The notes below the pieces were generated by a model. That model did no database searches, had not been told where the DNA came from, and saw only the letters and a program-made list of their open reading frames with translations. A program made the position numbers and the translations under genes. A stretch of DNA of 46,314 nt from Reclinomonas americana ATCC 50394 (taxonomy: Eukaryota), in NCBI GenBank assembly GCA_048213135.1, contig PS015186.1, forward strand, positions 128,591 through 174,904. The letters run 5' to 3'. Below are positions 12,901 through 25,916 of the stretch, one piece after another (the first letter of the stretch is position 1; every line of letters starts with the position of its first letter).

Positions 12901-15900
12901 GAGAGCCACTCGGCCAGTGGATCGTACACAAGCGAAGTGAGCAGCGCCAGCACCGTCTCCTTGTGGCTGTGCCACGCCGGAGAGTAAGAAAAGAGCGGTG
13001 GAGCTGGACGAAAACAACTTGTCCAATACGCAACTCATGCAAGAGATCCAACGTGTGCTCGGCCGCCGTGCGGAACACGCCATCGAGACCGCCGGGACCA
13101 AGAGCATGCTGCATGATGGGAGTCATGCGGAACGGTACCACCTCGGGCACGCGGAGTGACTCGCCGCGCTCGAAGCAAATGTCTGCTTGGAGTGAGCGAA
13201 GCGGAAGAAGACAAGACTGGAAGCATCATCACATACAGCGCAACTAAAGTCCACATGAATCACGTCGCCAGTGGCCGTGTCGATGAGAATGTTGTCCAAG
13301 TGGCGGTCTCCGAGACCGACCAAGTAGCCGACGACCGACAAGACTCCCGTCGAGAAACGGAACGACGTAGACTTGCGCCACCACTCGTCGTAGGAGCGGC
13401 TCGAGCACCACAGTTCGCGCGATAGCAGGTCCCGTTGAATGTCGGCAGACAGCTCACGCATGACGGCCTTGAGCACGTCCAATGGCCACTCCTGCACGCG
13501 AAAGTGAAAAGAGAAGAGTCAATAAAAGAAAACGGGTTCTCAAACGATGCGACCGACGCACTGATCGCGGCGCCGACTTGTGCACACCGACAGCCGCCAG
13601 TGCCGGGTAGAGTTTCGAGAAGAACACCTCGGCGGGCCGGAAATGCGACTGATGCGCAGCAGCGCCAGCACCAGGCGCCAGAGCACCACTCGCACTCGCA
13701 TCCTCGGCGGCACTGGCGGCCGACAACATGAACGTGGGCGGCGCATCGAAGCGCGTGTGCCTCCGACGCCACCACTCCTTCACAATCTGGAAGAGCGGCC
13801 GAGTGGAGGAGAGCCACTCGATGAGACCAGCGTTGCTGCCGAGCGGCACGACGGAAAAGGTGCGCAGCCGCCCGACCACCGACGGTGGTGGCGACAGTGT
13901 CGGCTGCGCCCACTGCAAGCGCACAGACTTGGAGCGCAGGAGCAGCATGGAGGCGTGCTCGACCACTTGGAGAACGCGAAAGTCGAGATGGAGATCTTCG
14001 CGACCCTTGAGCAGGAACAGGTGGGAGCGGCCGTCGGAGCCGACAATGGTGACTTGCTTCGGGCGCGTCTTGGTCGCCAGCACGCGCATCGACTCGCCAA
14101 AGCAGTGCATCCTCACTCCCGCAGCGACGGCCGCCGTCGTCGGCACAAACAGACACAAGTCGGTGGTGGCGGCCAATCGCGGACTGACGGCTGCCAACTC
14201 GAGGGAGCTGTGCTTGCACACCCGCTGTAGTGCCACCAGCAGACTGCCAAAGTGCGACCACGGTTCCACCCACACACGCACGCCATCGCCCGTCGGCTTC
14301 ACCGCAATCGTGTGCGTCAGGCGCCAGCCGTGCTGCAGGTGGTGGAGTGCGTGGCGGAAGCCGCGCATGTATTCGAAGCGGAAGCGGCGACCACGCGGGC
14401 TCTCGTCCTCCAGTGACTCCAGTTCGTTGGCCGACTGCTGCAGGACCTCCAGGAGGGGTCGCAGGTGGCGAGAGTAGCGCTCGCGGAAGGCGGAGGTGGA
14501 GAGGGGGGAGGTGATCCATTCTGCGTGGGAGGGGGAAGGCAAAGGGGGGTTGAGGGGAAGGGAAGAGGGGAAGGCAAAGGGGGAAGGGGAAGAGGGGAAG
14601 GAGAATGAGGGGGAGGCGAGGGGGAAAGAGGAGAAATAGAGGAAGGGTTGTGATGACAGCGGAGAAGGGATGTGGACAGCGGAAATGAGCAGATTGGGGA
14701 TGAAATGTAGCGATAAATGGGAAAGAGGATGCGACAAGTGAGAGACGCTGAATTCGTTCAAGAACTGTGAATTTCTCCGCACCTTCGGCCAACGATGTCA
14801 GCAGGCGCAACACACCGCCCTGCGTATTCACCAGCAACGAGAGCAGGTGCTCCTCTGGCAGCACCGCAATACGAATGAGCTCGCGCATCATTATGGACGC
14901 GTGGTCCCACACGCCACCATGTGCGCGCTGAAGAGCGGCCGCCAGTCGATGCAACAAGTCGACGCGAGTTGCAGACTGTTGAGAGGCAGGCAACGCCGAT
15001 GACAGTGATGCGGCGGGTGCCGTGGGCGACGAACTGCCCGCCGAGATCAAGTCGCTGACACACAGCTGCGTGGTCTCTTGCGGGTGCTCGTCGACGCAGC
15101 GAAGGAGCAGGTGGAGTGCCGACTCGCGCACCACCGCCTCTGGGTGGTTCAGGCTGCTGAACAGCTGTGGCAGCAGGCGGCGCAAGATGTTCGAGGGGCA
15201 GCGGCGCGCCAGCAGGTCGGAGACCGAGGAACACCACAGTGCACTGTCGCTGGTTGCCAATTGCCACAGCAGATGCGGGATGTCGAACAGAAGCGAGTCC
15301 TGTGGTGAGAGGAAGTGAGGGGAAGCGGGAAAGGGGAAAAGGGAGGGGAAGGGGGAAGAAGAGGGGAGAGGGAAGGGGAATAGGAGGGGAAGGGGAAGGG
15401 AAGGGGAAGGAGGAGGTGAAGGGGGAGGGAAGGGGAGGGGAAGGAGGAGGGGAAGGAGGAGGGGAAGGAGGAGGGGAAGGAGGAGGGGAAGGAGGAGGGG
15501 AAGGAGGAGGGGAAGGAGGAGGGGAAGGAGGAGGGGAAGGAGGAGGGGAAGGGGAAGGGGAAGGGGAAGGGGAAGGGGAAGAGGGAGGAGGGGAAGGGGG
15601 AGGGCAAGGGGAAGGGAAAGGAGGAGGGGAAGGGGGAGAGTGAGAGAGTGAGAAGGTGAGCGACAGAGTGAAAGAAGGAGCGAAAGAGTGAGAGAAACAG
15701 TGAACTAGTGAGAGAGTAAACGCGAGTGAAAGAGTGAGTGAGTGAGTGAGAGAGTGAGGGAAGGGTAATGAGAACAGAAGCACACAGAGAGAGATGGAGA
15801 GGGAACAAAGGTGAGAACAGAAAACTCATGGACAACAGCACAAGCACCGCCATGAGAGATGGGTGAAGGCAGAAAGAGGCAAGAACAACGGTAGAACACA

Positions 15901-18187
15901 GGAGAAAAAGTGAGAGTGACTTCACCAACAAGATTCGAGGAACAAAGGGAGAAACAGAGCACATAATGAGAACGGCATCACAGTATGAATGCATGAGAGG
16001 AAGAGGTGATCGCGACAAGAAGGCGTGTCGTCGTGCATGTCACTGCATGTCCACAACAAAGCTGTGAACGGCAGGACAAAGATGCTGCTTTGCAGATCAC
16101 TCTTCCGCCCTCTTTCCCTTGTCTACGCACAGCCACTCACCTCACTCGACATTTGCAGGAGTGACGAGAATGCGTCCACGGCCCCTCGCAACCACGAGTG
16201 CGCATTGATAAAGGCGCGCTCGAAATCGGCCACACAGCGCACCACATGCGTCACCAAGCGAGCATCCACAGGCTGCACGCCAAGCACGCTGCTCTGTCGC
16301 TGGAACACGGAGCGAACAGCGGTCTCCCATCGAGCTGTGCGTTCAGCGCCGTCATCGTCGGCGTCGACGCGCAGACCCCGCAAGAGATTCCACATAAGGT
16401 CGAGCAGATCTTGGTCACTGAGCGACTCGGGCAGCAGCTCGCGCAGGTCGTCCAGCAGTCGTGTCTCCGCGTCCGTGAGACTCGCCACAGAGGTGCCGAA
16501 CGAGAGCGGCGCCTGTGCGAGCGTCGCCTGCTCCAAACAAAAGTGACCGAGAGCACGCAGAGTCTTGGCGCGCTGCGTCGAGAGACCCCGACTGCTGGCC
16601 TCGTTGTTGGCCAAGTGGAACCAGGCGACGGCGGGCGCCTCCGATGGCACGCCATGCACTTGGGCCAGCGCGGCGAGGACATCCTGCCGCGCCGGCTGAT
16701 CACCCGCGGCAAAGCACGCCACCCGATAGAGAGCCTGCGTGTGCAAGCGCACAATGTCGTACGAGGCCTGCGGAGCGTCGGCCGCCAGACGGAGTGCGTG
16801 CAAGCACTGCGCGGCGCCACTTGCATGCTCGTGATGCAGGCACAGCCGCAAGCGGAGGTACGCCAAGGATGCATGCAACAGGCCCGCATCCTCCGACTCT
16901 CGCTGCTGCTCCATGACGCCCGATAGTGCGGACAGGCGATCGAACAGCTCCAGCGTGCCGTGTCGGCGCACAACGCGAAAAGCATGCACCAGATCGGGCG
17001 TGAATTGGGTGCGTGCAAGGCGCCCGCGCATCAGCGCCGATTCGAGAGCACCTGGCACCACGGACGACGTGCGCACAGCGGGCAGCTGCGGCGTGTCCTC
17101 TTGCTGCAAGAGAAGAAACTCGGTGATTGACAGAAGTGCCTGGGCGTGAGGCACGGCCAGTTGCACCGAGGAGAGTGCGCGCTCCCACTGATGCATGTCG
17201 GCGGCAGGACGGAGGCCGGAGGCGCTGGGCGACGATACAGCCAGCAGTCGATCGAGTGCGGAGCGACGGACGCGCTGCTCGGCCACCTCGGCGAGCGACA
17301 CGGTGCCGAGAAGGAGCAGGGAGGTGGGGCCCGCTGCGGCGCCGCCCTCGATGCCGAGGTCCATGGGCTCACCGGCAGCAGCAGCTCCACTGTGCGCGTC
17401 GGTGGAGAGCAGAGAGTCGTCGTATCGAGCGAGCTCTTGCACGGCGGCATGTGCTTGCGACAGGAATACGTCGTCGGCCAGCTGTGGGGGTAGGGTGAAG
17501 AGGGAGAGAAGGCGGCGGACAGGAAAGGAGAAATGAGAGAGAGGAAGGGCAAAGGGATGAAGAAACTAAGGCACACATCTCCCATTCTCACCTCTCGCGC
17601 TGCCAGCTGCGACCACTCGCGGAACGGCATCCAGTCGGCGAGAACAGGGAGACAATGCAGGCAGAGCAGGCGATCGACGAGGCGGCGCAGCGCACTGACG
17701 TTCCACGTGAGCGACGTGGAGGCACGGCGCGCGCTCACAAGAGAGCGGCAGGCTTCGTCGATGCGACCGCGTGTGAGCAGTGAGAGACCGCGGAGGGCGG
17801 GAAGGACCTGGTGTTTGGCGAGTGAGTGGAAGAGAGGAGAGAAAGAATGCATTATAAAATACGTACCACCAGCGACCAATCTTGCAGTTGTTGCGCAGCC
17901 GTGCGGACAGATTCCGAGCCATTGACTCCGGTGGTGAGCGAGTTGCTCTTGGAGCGGCAAAGCGAGCGAGTCATCTGCGAAAGAATGCAAGAGGAGAAGA
18001 ATAGAAGAAAAAGGAGGAGAAGGAGAAGGAGGATGAAAAGAAGAAGAAGAAGAAGAATGAGAAGAATAAGTACAAAAAGAAGAAGAAGGAGGAGGAGGAA
18101 AAGAAGAAGAAGAAGAACAAAAACAAGAACAAGAACGGAACAACAACAACAACAACAAGAAAAACAGCAAGAACAGCAAGAACAACG

Positions 18188-18251
<64 letters not shown>

Positions 18252-18911
18252 CGGCAAGAGAACGAGGAGTACGAGGGGCAACGAAGAACAATAGAAAAGA
18301 AGCAATGAGTGCAACCGGCATCAAGCAATTTTCGTAAGCACACACACCGAAATGAGACCGTCGATGGAGGATGACTCGTGCAGGGTAAACATTGCAAACG
18401 CCGTGTGCAATAGCGACGCGCCCATTTCGGCGAGTGTCTCACCGAGGGAGTCGGGCACGGCGCGCAGAACCTGAAAAAGGAGTAAAGACGTGAGAAGCAA
18501 AGGACTGGGGGAGATGCGGATCAGGAGAGGGAAGGTCAAAAGAGCAAGAACAATGCAAGCGAATGAAAGGCAGAGACACAATAGCGACCGAGAGAGCGAG
18601 AGAGAGAGAGAGACGTGAAACATTCAGCAGTAGACACTAGAGAAGAATTGAAACAGAGAGCAACTACGGTGACAGCGAGTATGCGAGACGACAGAGAGAA
18701 GCAAAAAGTGTGAAATAGAGATGAAGAGAGGTTCAGCTGAAGGCACGTGCACCAACATGGAAGCAGAGAGCACCAACGATGACAGCGAATACTCGAGACG
18801 AAAGAGAGATGCGAAAGCGAAAGCGAAAGCAAGAGAGAGGAAGCAAGGAAAAGGAGAGGGAATTTGAAGTGAGATAGACAATGCATGCAAATCAGAAACG
18901 AAAATACAACA

Positions 18912-18945
<34 letters not shown>

Positions 18946-21900
18946 AAACAACAGAGACAGACTAAATGAACAGTAAAGGCAAGGAACCAAAGCAGAAGAG
19001 AAGAAGCAGCGAGAAAATCGAAAGACTTGCAAGACCTCCGCTCGCATTTTCCTGTTTCACGCACCTGCCCCTTGAGATCCGACAGCCAGGCGACACCATG
19101 TCGAATTGCGGCTGCGTAGTGACCGCTGGAGAGCGCCAGCGTCGTGCATGGCGCACGCAGCAACGCCATCATGTCCTCCCACACGGCACGATTGGTGACG
19201 TAGAACTTGATAATGTCGTCGCCGGCTGGTTTCAAGTACACGGAGCCCTCCGAGGCTGCGAATACAAAGAAGGGGTGTTTGTGAGAGACCGCCAAATGAC
19301 AACAAACAAGGCACGATCACAACATGGAAACCATTGTACATCAGCTTCTCCAAGTGATCGAGAAACTCGAGGAGGAGGAGCACGCGGCGCGTGGAGCCGT
19401 CGCGCACCACGACAAAGTAGTCGCCGCCGGGTTCTGCGGCGGAGCGGTGGTGCCGCACGTTGAGGCTCTTGACGGCCTCTGACAGGCGATTGAAGGATTG
19501 GGTGGCGTTGCCGAAGGCGCTTTTCAGCTTGTTGCGGACAAAGTATTGCGCCATGGCCACGGGGTCCACGTCGGGGCAGGGGAGGTCTGTACAAAGGAAA
19601 GGGGGGAAGGGGGGGAGAGGGGAAAAGGGAGAGGGGAGAGGGCAAGGGAAGAGAGAAATGAGATGAAAGAAGGAGAAGAGGAGACGACACAAATGAGAGA
19701 GCAATGAGCAGAAAGACAGAGAAGCGAGAAGGGCAGCGAATGGTAGATTTCTCGTCGATGAAACAGCGTGGAGGAAGCGATTACGAAATACAGATTGCAA
19801 CAACCGGCAAACTTGTGACAGTGCTTGCATGCGTGACAGAAAGGGAAACGCTGCAGGCATCATGGATTCCACGACAAATTGTGCACGGAATACAACAAAT
19901 AAGAAGAGACAGCAAGGACAAACAAAGAAACTGTGATCCTCTCTCCCCTCCGCCTCCTCCTCTTCCTCCTCCTCCTCCTCTCTTCCTCAACACGCACCAC
20001 CATCACTCAGGGCCGACACAAACTGCGTGAGCATGCTTGCCGCTGGCGAGGTAGACTGCACATGACATCCACTCGTGAGTCTCTTTCCACCTCGAAGGAG
20101 CAAATCGTGAGTAACGCAGCCAACCTTGCGATCTGCGTCAGTAGGGGCCCGACCGGCCAGTTCCTGCAGCTCAACATGTGGAACAAGGGAGGCGATCCGT
20201 GAGGCCATGACTTGCGGAAACTCCCCCGACGGCAGCCTGCATACAGCCATCAACATCAGTAATCCTTCACAACACACTGCACCACATATACACGCAACTT
20301 GCGGAAGGCAGTCTGCACCAACTGTTGCACAAGAGCCGTTGGCAGCGAATCCACCACATCCAACACAGCAGCCAGGTACTGCACGGCATGAGCATGTGCG
20401 CGCTCGTTCTCGAGCCCTGTCCGCAAGTGCGGGTGTTAGACTTATCACGTGCCTCCCTGCTACAAATCTACCGCGCACACCTTTCTCAATCACAGTCACG
20501 CCGACATGTTCTGCTGTCAGCGGCCGCGGCAACACATCCAACAACACAGAAAGTGGCTGATGCAGCACAGCGGCAGTGCACGAGCCGGCAAAGGAGAGGG
20601 CGGCAAGGAAGACACGCGATCGCTGCATGGGTGTCAGCCTGCTCAAGAAGTCAGGAGCAGAAATACGGGGTCCGACGCCTTGACAACACACACCATTCCA
20701 GTGAAACGACCTTGGCAGCCTCCATCATGAGCAGTGACAGCGACTCGGGCAGCAGAGGCTGCTGATCGGAGAACACCACCGAGAAGAGCACAGTGCGCAA
20801 CTGCGAGGCCCACGCGCGACACTCACCCGCCAGATTTCTGCACCGGCTCATTGAGTCGGCGAGACGACGTGCCTGCCTGCGAACAGGGACGCAACATTTT
20901 CGGTGTGGAGGGTGACGCTTGGCCGGGCACATACACGGACTCCTTGACGCCGCCCATGTCGCCCGTGTCGCCGCGATCATCACTCGGCGCACTCACCAGT
21001 CCCACCAGCGCCTCGCCCAGCAACTTGAGCACTTGCACTGCACGCGCCGGTTGTCGCGTGCACATGGACTGACCAAACACACCGACGCCCTTCGAGGCTG
21101 ACTGCTCCTCTCCACCGTCCTCCGCTTCCGCGGCCGCCGCCACCCACGGTAGTGGAACGTGGCCGCACACTTCTGCCAGAAGCGACAGGGCATTGCGCAG
21201 CTGCGGGACAGCATCGGCGTGCGTGGTCGCCGCAAACACCTCCACGAGGAAGAAGCGCACAATCTGCTCGAACGAAGAGAGACGCTGCTTGGGATGGCGG
21301 AAGCGCACCAGGTGCGTCAAGCACTGGCGAATGAGTGACACGGGTGAGAGGAGCGGGAGGCCCGGAGTGCCTGGCGCGCGAGAGGGTGAGAGAGGAGTCG
21401 AGAATGAAGGGAAGGGGGACAGCGCACTTTGCAGCAGCGTCATGTCGCCCTCCGCATCCAGCAGTCGCATGCAGTACGGCAACAAGCGCAGCAGGACGGA
21501 GACGCGAACCGGCTGCAATGCGCTCGCACGCAGCAGGGCCAGCAGGTACTGGAGGAGGAGGAGGGAAAGTGAGAGCGCGCATGGAGAAGGAGAGAGAGAG
21601 AGAGAGAGTGTCACGCACAAATTCGAGAAACTCGAGGCCACGGACGGCCAGCGGGGTCGCCAACTCGGGCGATAATTGGATGGCGATGTGGCGGAGAATG
21701 TCGGCGGCGCAGCGGTGTGCGGCGTCAGGGTAGGCGGCGAGGCAGTCGCGGAGGCAGAGATTCACTGCGTGGGAGGGGAAGGGCGAGGCAAGGGGGAGGA
21801 AGGGGGGAGGAAGGGGGGAGGAAGGGGGAAGGGAGAGAGAGGCAAACGGAGGGAATGTGAGTGAATGATGGACACTGCACGGACATGAGCGAGAGAGCAA

Positions 21901-22093
21901 GGTGAACGAGCGTGAGATAGTGAGCGATGAACATCAAGTGTCTGACAGAGGAAGTGAAGAGCACAGAGAGCAAATGAGTGAACATCACAGAGAGAAAGAA
22001 GGAAAGAGAGCAGAAGGTTAGACTGCACGAATGAGCGACGAAGACAAATCGTCTGGCTGCGAAGGTAAAGAGCGCATGAGCGACAAAGAGAGG

Positions 22094-22124
<31 letters not shown>

Positions 22125-24116
22125 CAAGGGTAGGCGAGCAGAAGATTAGACTGCACGAGTGAGCGACGAACACCGAATTCATGAGCGCAGGAAGTTTATC
22201 AGCAACAAAGTACCGTGAGATCGAGAGAGAGAGAGAGATTAAATGCAAGGATGAGAGATGGACTAGGAGACAAACTGACCAGCTAGAGTACGAGCGATGA
22301 ACAAAGTGTGCGTGCATGAGCTAGCACGTAGCAGAGAGTGCGAGAATGAGCGAGCACAAACAAAGGTCTCTCAATGGGCAATCGAGGATGACTGAATAAG
22401 TTGTGGTGACAAAGCGATCGAAGAAAAGTAGGAAGGTGTTGTTGAGTGACGGACTGTGTGAGCTACATGGAGGTGCAACAGAATACGGGTATCATTTTCT
22501 TCCACGTCTCTCTCTCCCCTCTCCTCTCTCCCCTCGGTACTCACCTGTCGGGCGAACCAAGTGCGGCGACTTTTTCAATCCCGCGCAGTATTCCTCCACG
22601 TGCGCCATGAGGCGAGAAAGCAGGCGTTCACCACCGACATGATGGACGTGTCGCCCGAGACCGCGAAACACGGCGCCAAACACACTAGTAACGATATGCT
22701 CGATTGGCAGATTGCACGACTGCCGAAAAAGAGTGAGACACGCACGTACCGTATCATGGCGCTGATCTTTTTGCGATTCTTCTCCGACTTGCGATCCTTG
22801 ACCAGTTGGCTGATGTCGACGAGGAAGCGATCGAGCAGCGTCTGACCAAACGGACTCATCATCGCCACCCAGCAGTCGTTGAATTTGGCCAGTGAATCTG
22901 CGTGCGCGCATGAGTGACTGACATCTTGAATATCTCTTCCTCATCCCCGACTCACCACACAAGCGCGTGAGGTACGCCTCCGCCGCCGGATCCAGCGCCC
23001 ATCCCAACAGCATGTCGACCACATCCTCAAAGGAGCGCATGAATGTGTCGCGAAAGGCCGGATGTGTGCCGACGAGCTCCAGGAAGCCGAGAATGCTGAC
23101 GAGCAGGCCGTGGTTGCGCGGGTCTTGCAGCAGCTCCAGGCAGAGTTTCACAAAGCGCGGGATGTGCAGACGAACGTGCTCTCGTTGGCCTTGTTGGATG
23201 TACTGCGCGGGTAGTGAAGTGAGAGGGGAGAAGGGGAAGGAGGGGAGAGAAGGGCGTTGTACGCACAGAATGAAGCACGCTAAAGAGTTTCTTTCGCTTG
23301 ACTTGCGAGTGGGCGCTGAAGAGTTGGTAGACCCAGTGCAGTAAGTCGCCGGCGGAGCCTGTGGTGGGGAGGGGGTAAAGGGGACAGGGAAGAAAAGTAA
23401 GAACCTCGCTTGCTCTGATTTCTTTTCTTCTTCTATTTCTTCCCTACAACCCACCCTTCAATCCACACAATATCGCCGTCAGTGCATTCTCCGCTGCCGC
23501 CGTGCGTCGCGACGAGCTCAGCGCCTGATCCAGCACGTGCAGCACGCGCGGAGTCAGATCCAACACATCCTGCTCCGAGGCCACACTCAGCAGCTCTTGC
23601 ACGCATTCGTCCCATCGCGGAGCTGCAGAGGTCGATGTGGCAGACGAGGCAGTGGCGGCTGAAGCAGCAGCAGCAGTAGTGGAGGAGGAAGAGGAAGACG
23701 AGCGAGTGGATTTCTGTGTGAAGGAGAAGGAGATATTAGAGGTGAGTGGAAGGCCAAGTGAGAGAGAAGAAGGAAAGCATGAATGAGAAATGAGTGAGAG
23801 AGAGAGAGGCAAGGAGGAAGAACAGGAGAAGGGCATGTGAGCAGAGGAGTGAGCGAGCAGAAAAGTGAGTGAGTGAGTGAGTGAGGCGAGGGCGTGGGAG
23901 AGGGAGAGGAAGAGAGAAAGTGAGAGTGAGTGAGTGAGAGAGTGAGTGAGTGAGTGAGTCAGAGTGAGTGTGAATGAGCAATAGTGAGTGAGGGAGTGAG
24001 TGAGGGAGTGAGGGAGTGAGGAAGTGAGTGAGAGAGAGAGAGTGACTGATAAGAGAGAAAGGCGAAGAATGAGAATCACAGACAGAATGCATTGATACAG
24101 TATAGAATGCAGAGTG

Positions 24117-24177
<61 letters not shown>

Positions 24178-24469
24178 GAGTAGTAGTACGTAGTAAGTAA
24201 GTAAGAAGAGAGAGAGAGAGAGAGACGAGAGATAGTAGTAAGTAGTAGTAGTAGTGTGTGTGTACGTACGTACGTACGTACGTAGTACGTAGGTAGGAAG
24301 GAAGGAAGGAAGGAAGGAAGGAAGGAAGNNNNNNNNNNNNNNNNNNNNNNNNNNNNNNNNNNNNNNNNNNNNNNNNNAAGGGAAACGGGAAAAGGGAAAG
24401 GTAAAGGTAAAGGTAAAGTAACGAACGAACGAACGAAGTAGTAGTACGTAGTAGTAAGTAGTAAGTAGT

Positions 24470-24544
<75 letters not shown>

Positions 24545-24756
24545 CGACGATTAAGGCGACTTTGAAAATGAAGAATGAGAGAGAAGGAGAGACCGAGAAT
24601 GCATTAAGAGAGTGTATGTGCGTGTGCATCCAGTGACTGTGAGAGAGAGAGAGAGAGCAATGTAGAGTGTGAGAGTGAGAGTGACATAACTGTGCTGATT
24701 GCATGTGAGTGAACGAGCTCGACGAAATGCTCCACTGCTGCATGTTTGCGGTCCAT
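7344..24756 (-). CDS. SMG1: Serine/threonine kinase SMG1 (PIKK family, nonsense-mediated decay), many exons. Start exon 24756-24691 is tentative
   Basis: N-terminal FEDVVDMLLGWALDP (~23000-23040). FVRNKLKSAFGNATQSF and LEKLMYNA (~19250-19545). Kinase motifs KTRPK..GSDG..LLKGREDLHLD (~13980-14075), GLGDRHLDNILID, and spliced [25 protein letters not shown] (~13120-13325). A long insertion precedes the FATC end RNVYAAEAVQRIRAKLEGR...LDNLSVMYEGWTPWI* (7344-7520), the SMG1-type arrangement. Confidence 0.92.
15340..15640. repeat. Intronic purine tract with (GGGGAAGGAGGA)n 12-mers
   Basis: Directly visible inside an SMG1 intron. Confidence 0.9.
17990..18300. repeat. Intronic (GAA/GGA)n and (CAA)n microsatellite
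   Basis: Directly visible inside an SMG1 intron. Confidence 0.9.
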
Positions 24757-25129
24757 TCTCTCTCTCTCTCTTTCTCGCTCTTGTGCTATGGGAGGAGAGC
24801 GAGTGGCCCTCTCCTCCTCGTCGGCCTTTTTGTTGATTGCAAGGACAGTGGAGGACGAACGTTTGTCTCTGCATTCTTCCGTACACGTGCGCGAAATGGC
24901 GAGAGGGTGTGCTGGTGGCAGGAGGAGGAGAGAACGATAACGATATTATGGTTTGCATTTCTTTGCATCGGTATCTGGCTGCGACGTTGCTTCCATGCAC
25001 GTCGCGAGCTCCGAGACAACGCAGCTGACCATGTCGCGCACCACCACCGATATCAGCCCCACCAACAACATGACACGCTCTCTTTTGTTCAACCACGCTA
25101 TCAACGACGACACCACGTGCACCACTGTT

Positions 25130-25321
25130 TTTGCTTCACGGATCTGGACCCGTACCCGGCTTTGCTTGTTTGCCTGGCTTATGGCCTTTTCCCCGAATTC
25201 GATGTGCCGTGTACGATCGCAGAAAACGCTATGCGTCAATGCAAGTGCGTCAAATCCACTGGTAAACCACGCTTATGCGGTGAAGATCGCAGTTCTCGAC
25301 TTGTTCGAATCTCCGAGAGCG

Positions 25322-25398
<77 letters not shown>

Positions 25399-25750
25399 CA
25401 ACGTAAACANNNNNNNNNNNNNNNNNNNNNNNNNNNNNNNNNNNNNNNNNNNNNNNNNNNNNNNNNNNNNNNNNNNNNNNNNNNNNNNNNNNNNNNNNNN
25501 NNNNNNNNNNNNNNNNNNNNNNNNNNNNNNNNNNNNNNNNNNNNNNNNNNNNNNNNNNNNNNNNNNNNNNNNNNNNNNNNNNNNNNNNNNNNNNNNNNNN
25601 NNNNNNNNNNNNNNNNNNNNNNNNNNNNNNNNNNNNNNAGAAAACACGTCCGCTACCTCAAGACTAGTCAGTGTTGTCGGTTTTGATATGGTTGGACTTG
25701 GTCATCAAGACAGCTGTTGCTTTGTTGGCGGAATGAACTGTTGTTGCTCA
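25130..25750. repeat. Dispersed ~300 bp non-coding repeat, copy 1 (interrupted by (CA)n and a gap)
   Basis: gtttgcctggcttatggcctt...gccgtgtacgatcgcagaaaacgctatgcgtc...caagtgcgtcaaatccactggt...gcggtgaagatcgcagttctcg...ctccgagagcgaacacac...acttggtcatca is shared with 32385-32685. Confidence 0.85.
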
Positions 25751-25916
25751 CCGGTGGCCGCACACTGTCCCCCCCCCCCCCTTCCCCCTCGCTCTTCTTT
25801 CATTCTGATGCGGCCACATCAGTCTGTTTCCTTTCCCGATTATGTAAAGGCCACAAAATTGTAAAGCCCCGTTTGTCGTCAGTGCTCGCGATATCCACGC
25901 ACCAATCAAACATATC

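Noticed and set aside
22005-22190. ~45-bp direct repeat (gagcagaag.ttagactgcacga.tgagcgacgaa) in an SMG1 intron
   Set aside because: A small local duplication with no element hallmarks.
24175-24480. TACG/TAG/GAAC-type repeats beside gaps (also 38535-38655 and 39125-39230)
   Set aside because: They occur only at contig ends and follow the TACG flow order of pyrosequencing, so they are most likely low-quality read-end artefacts.
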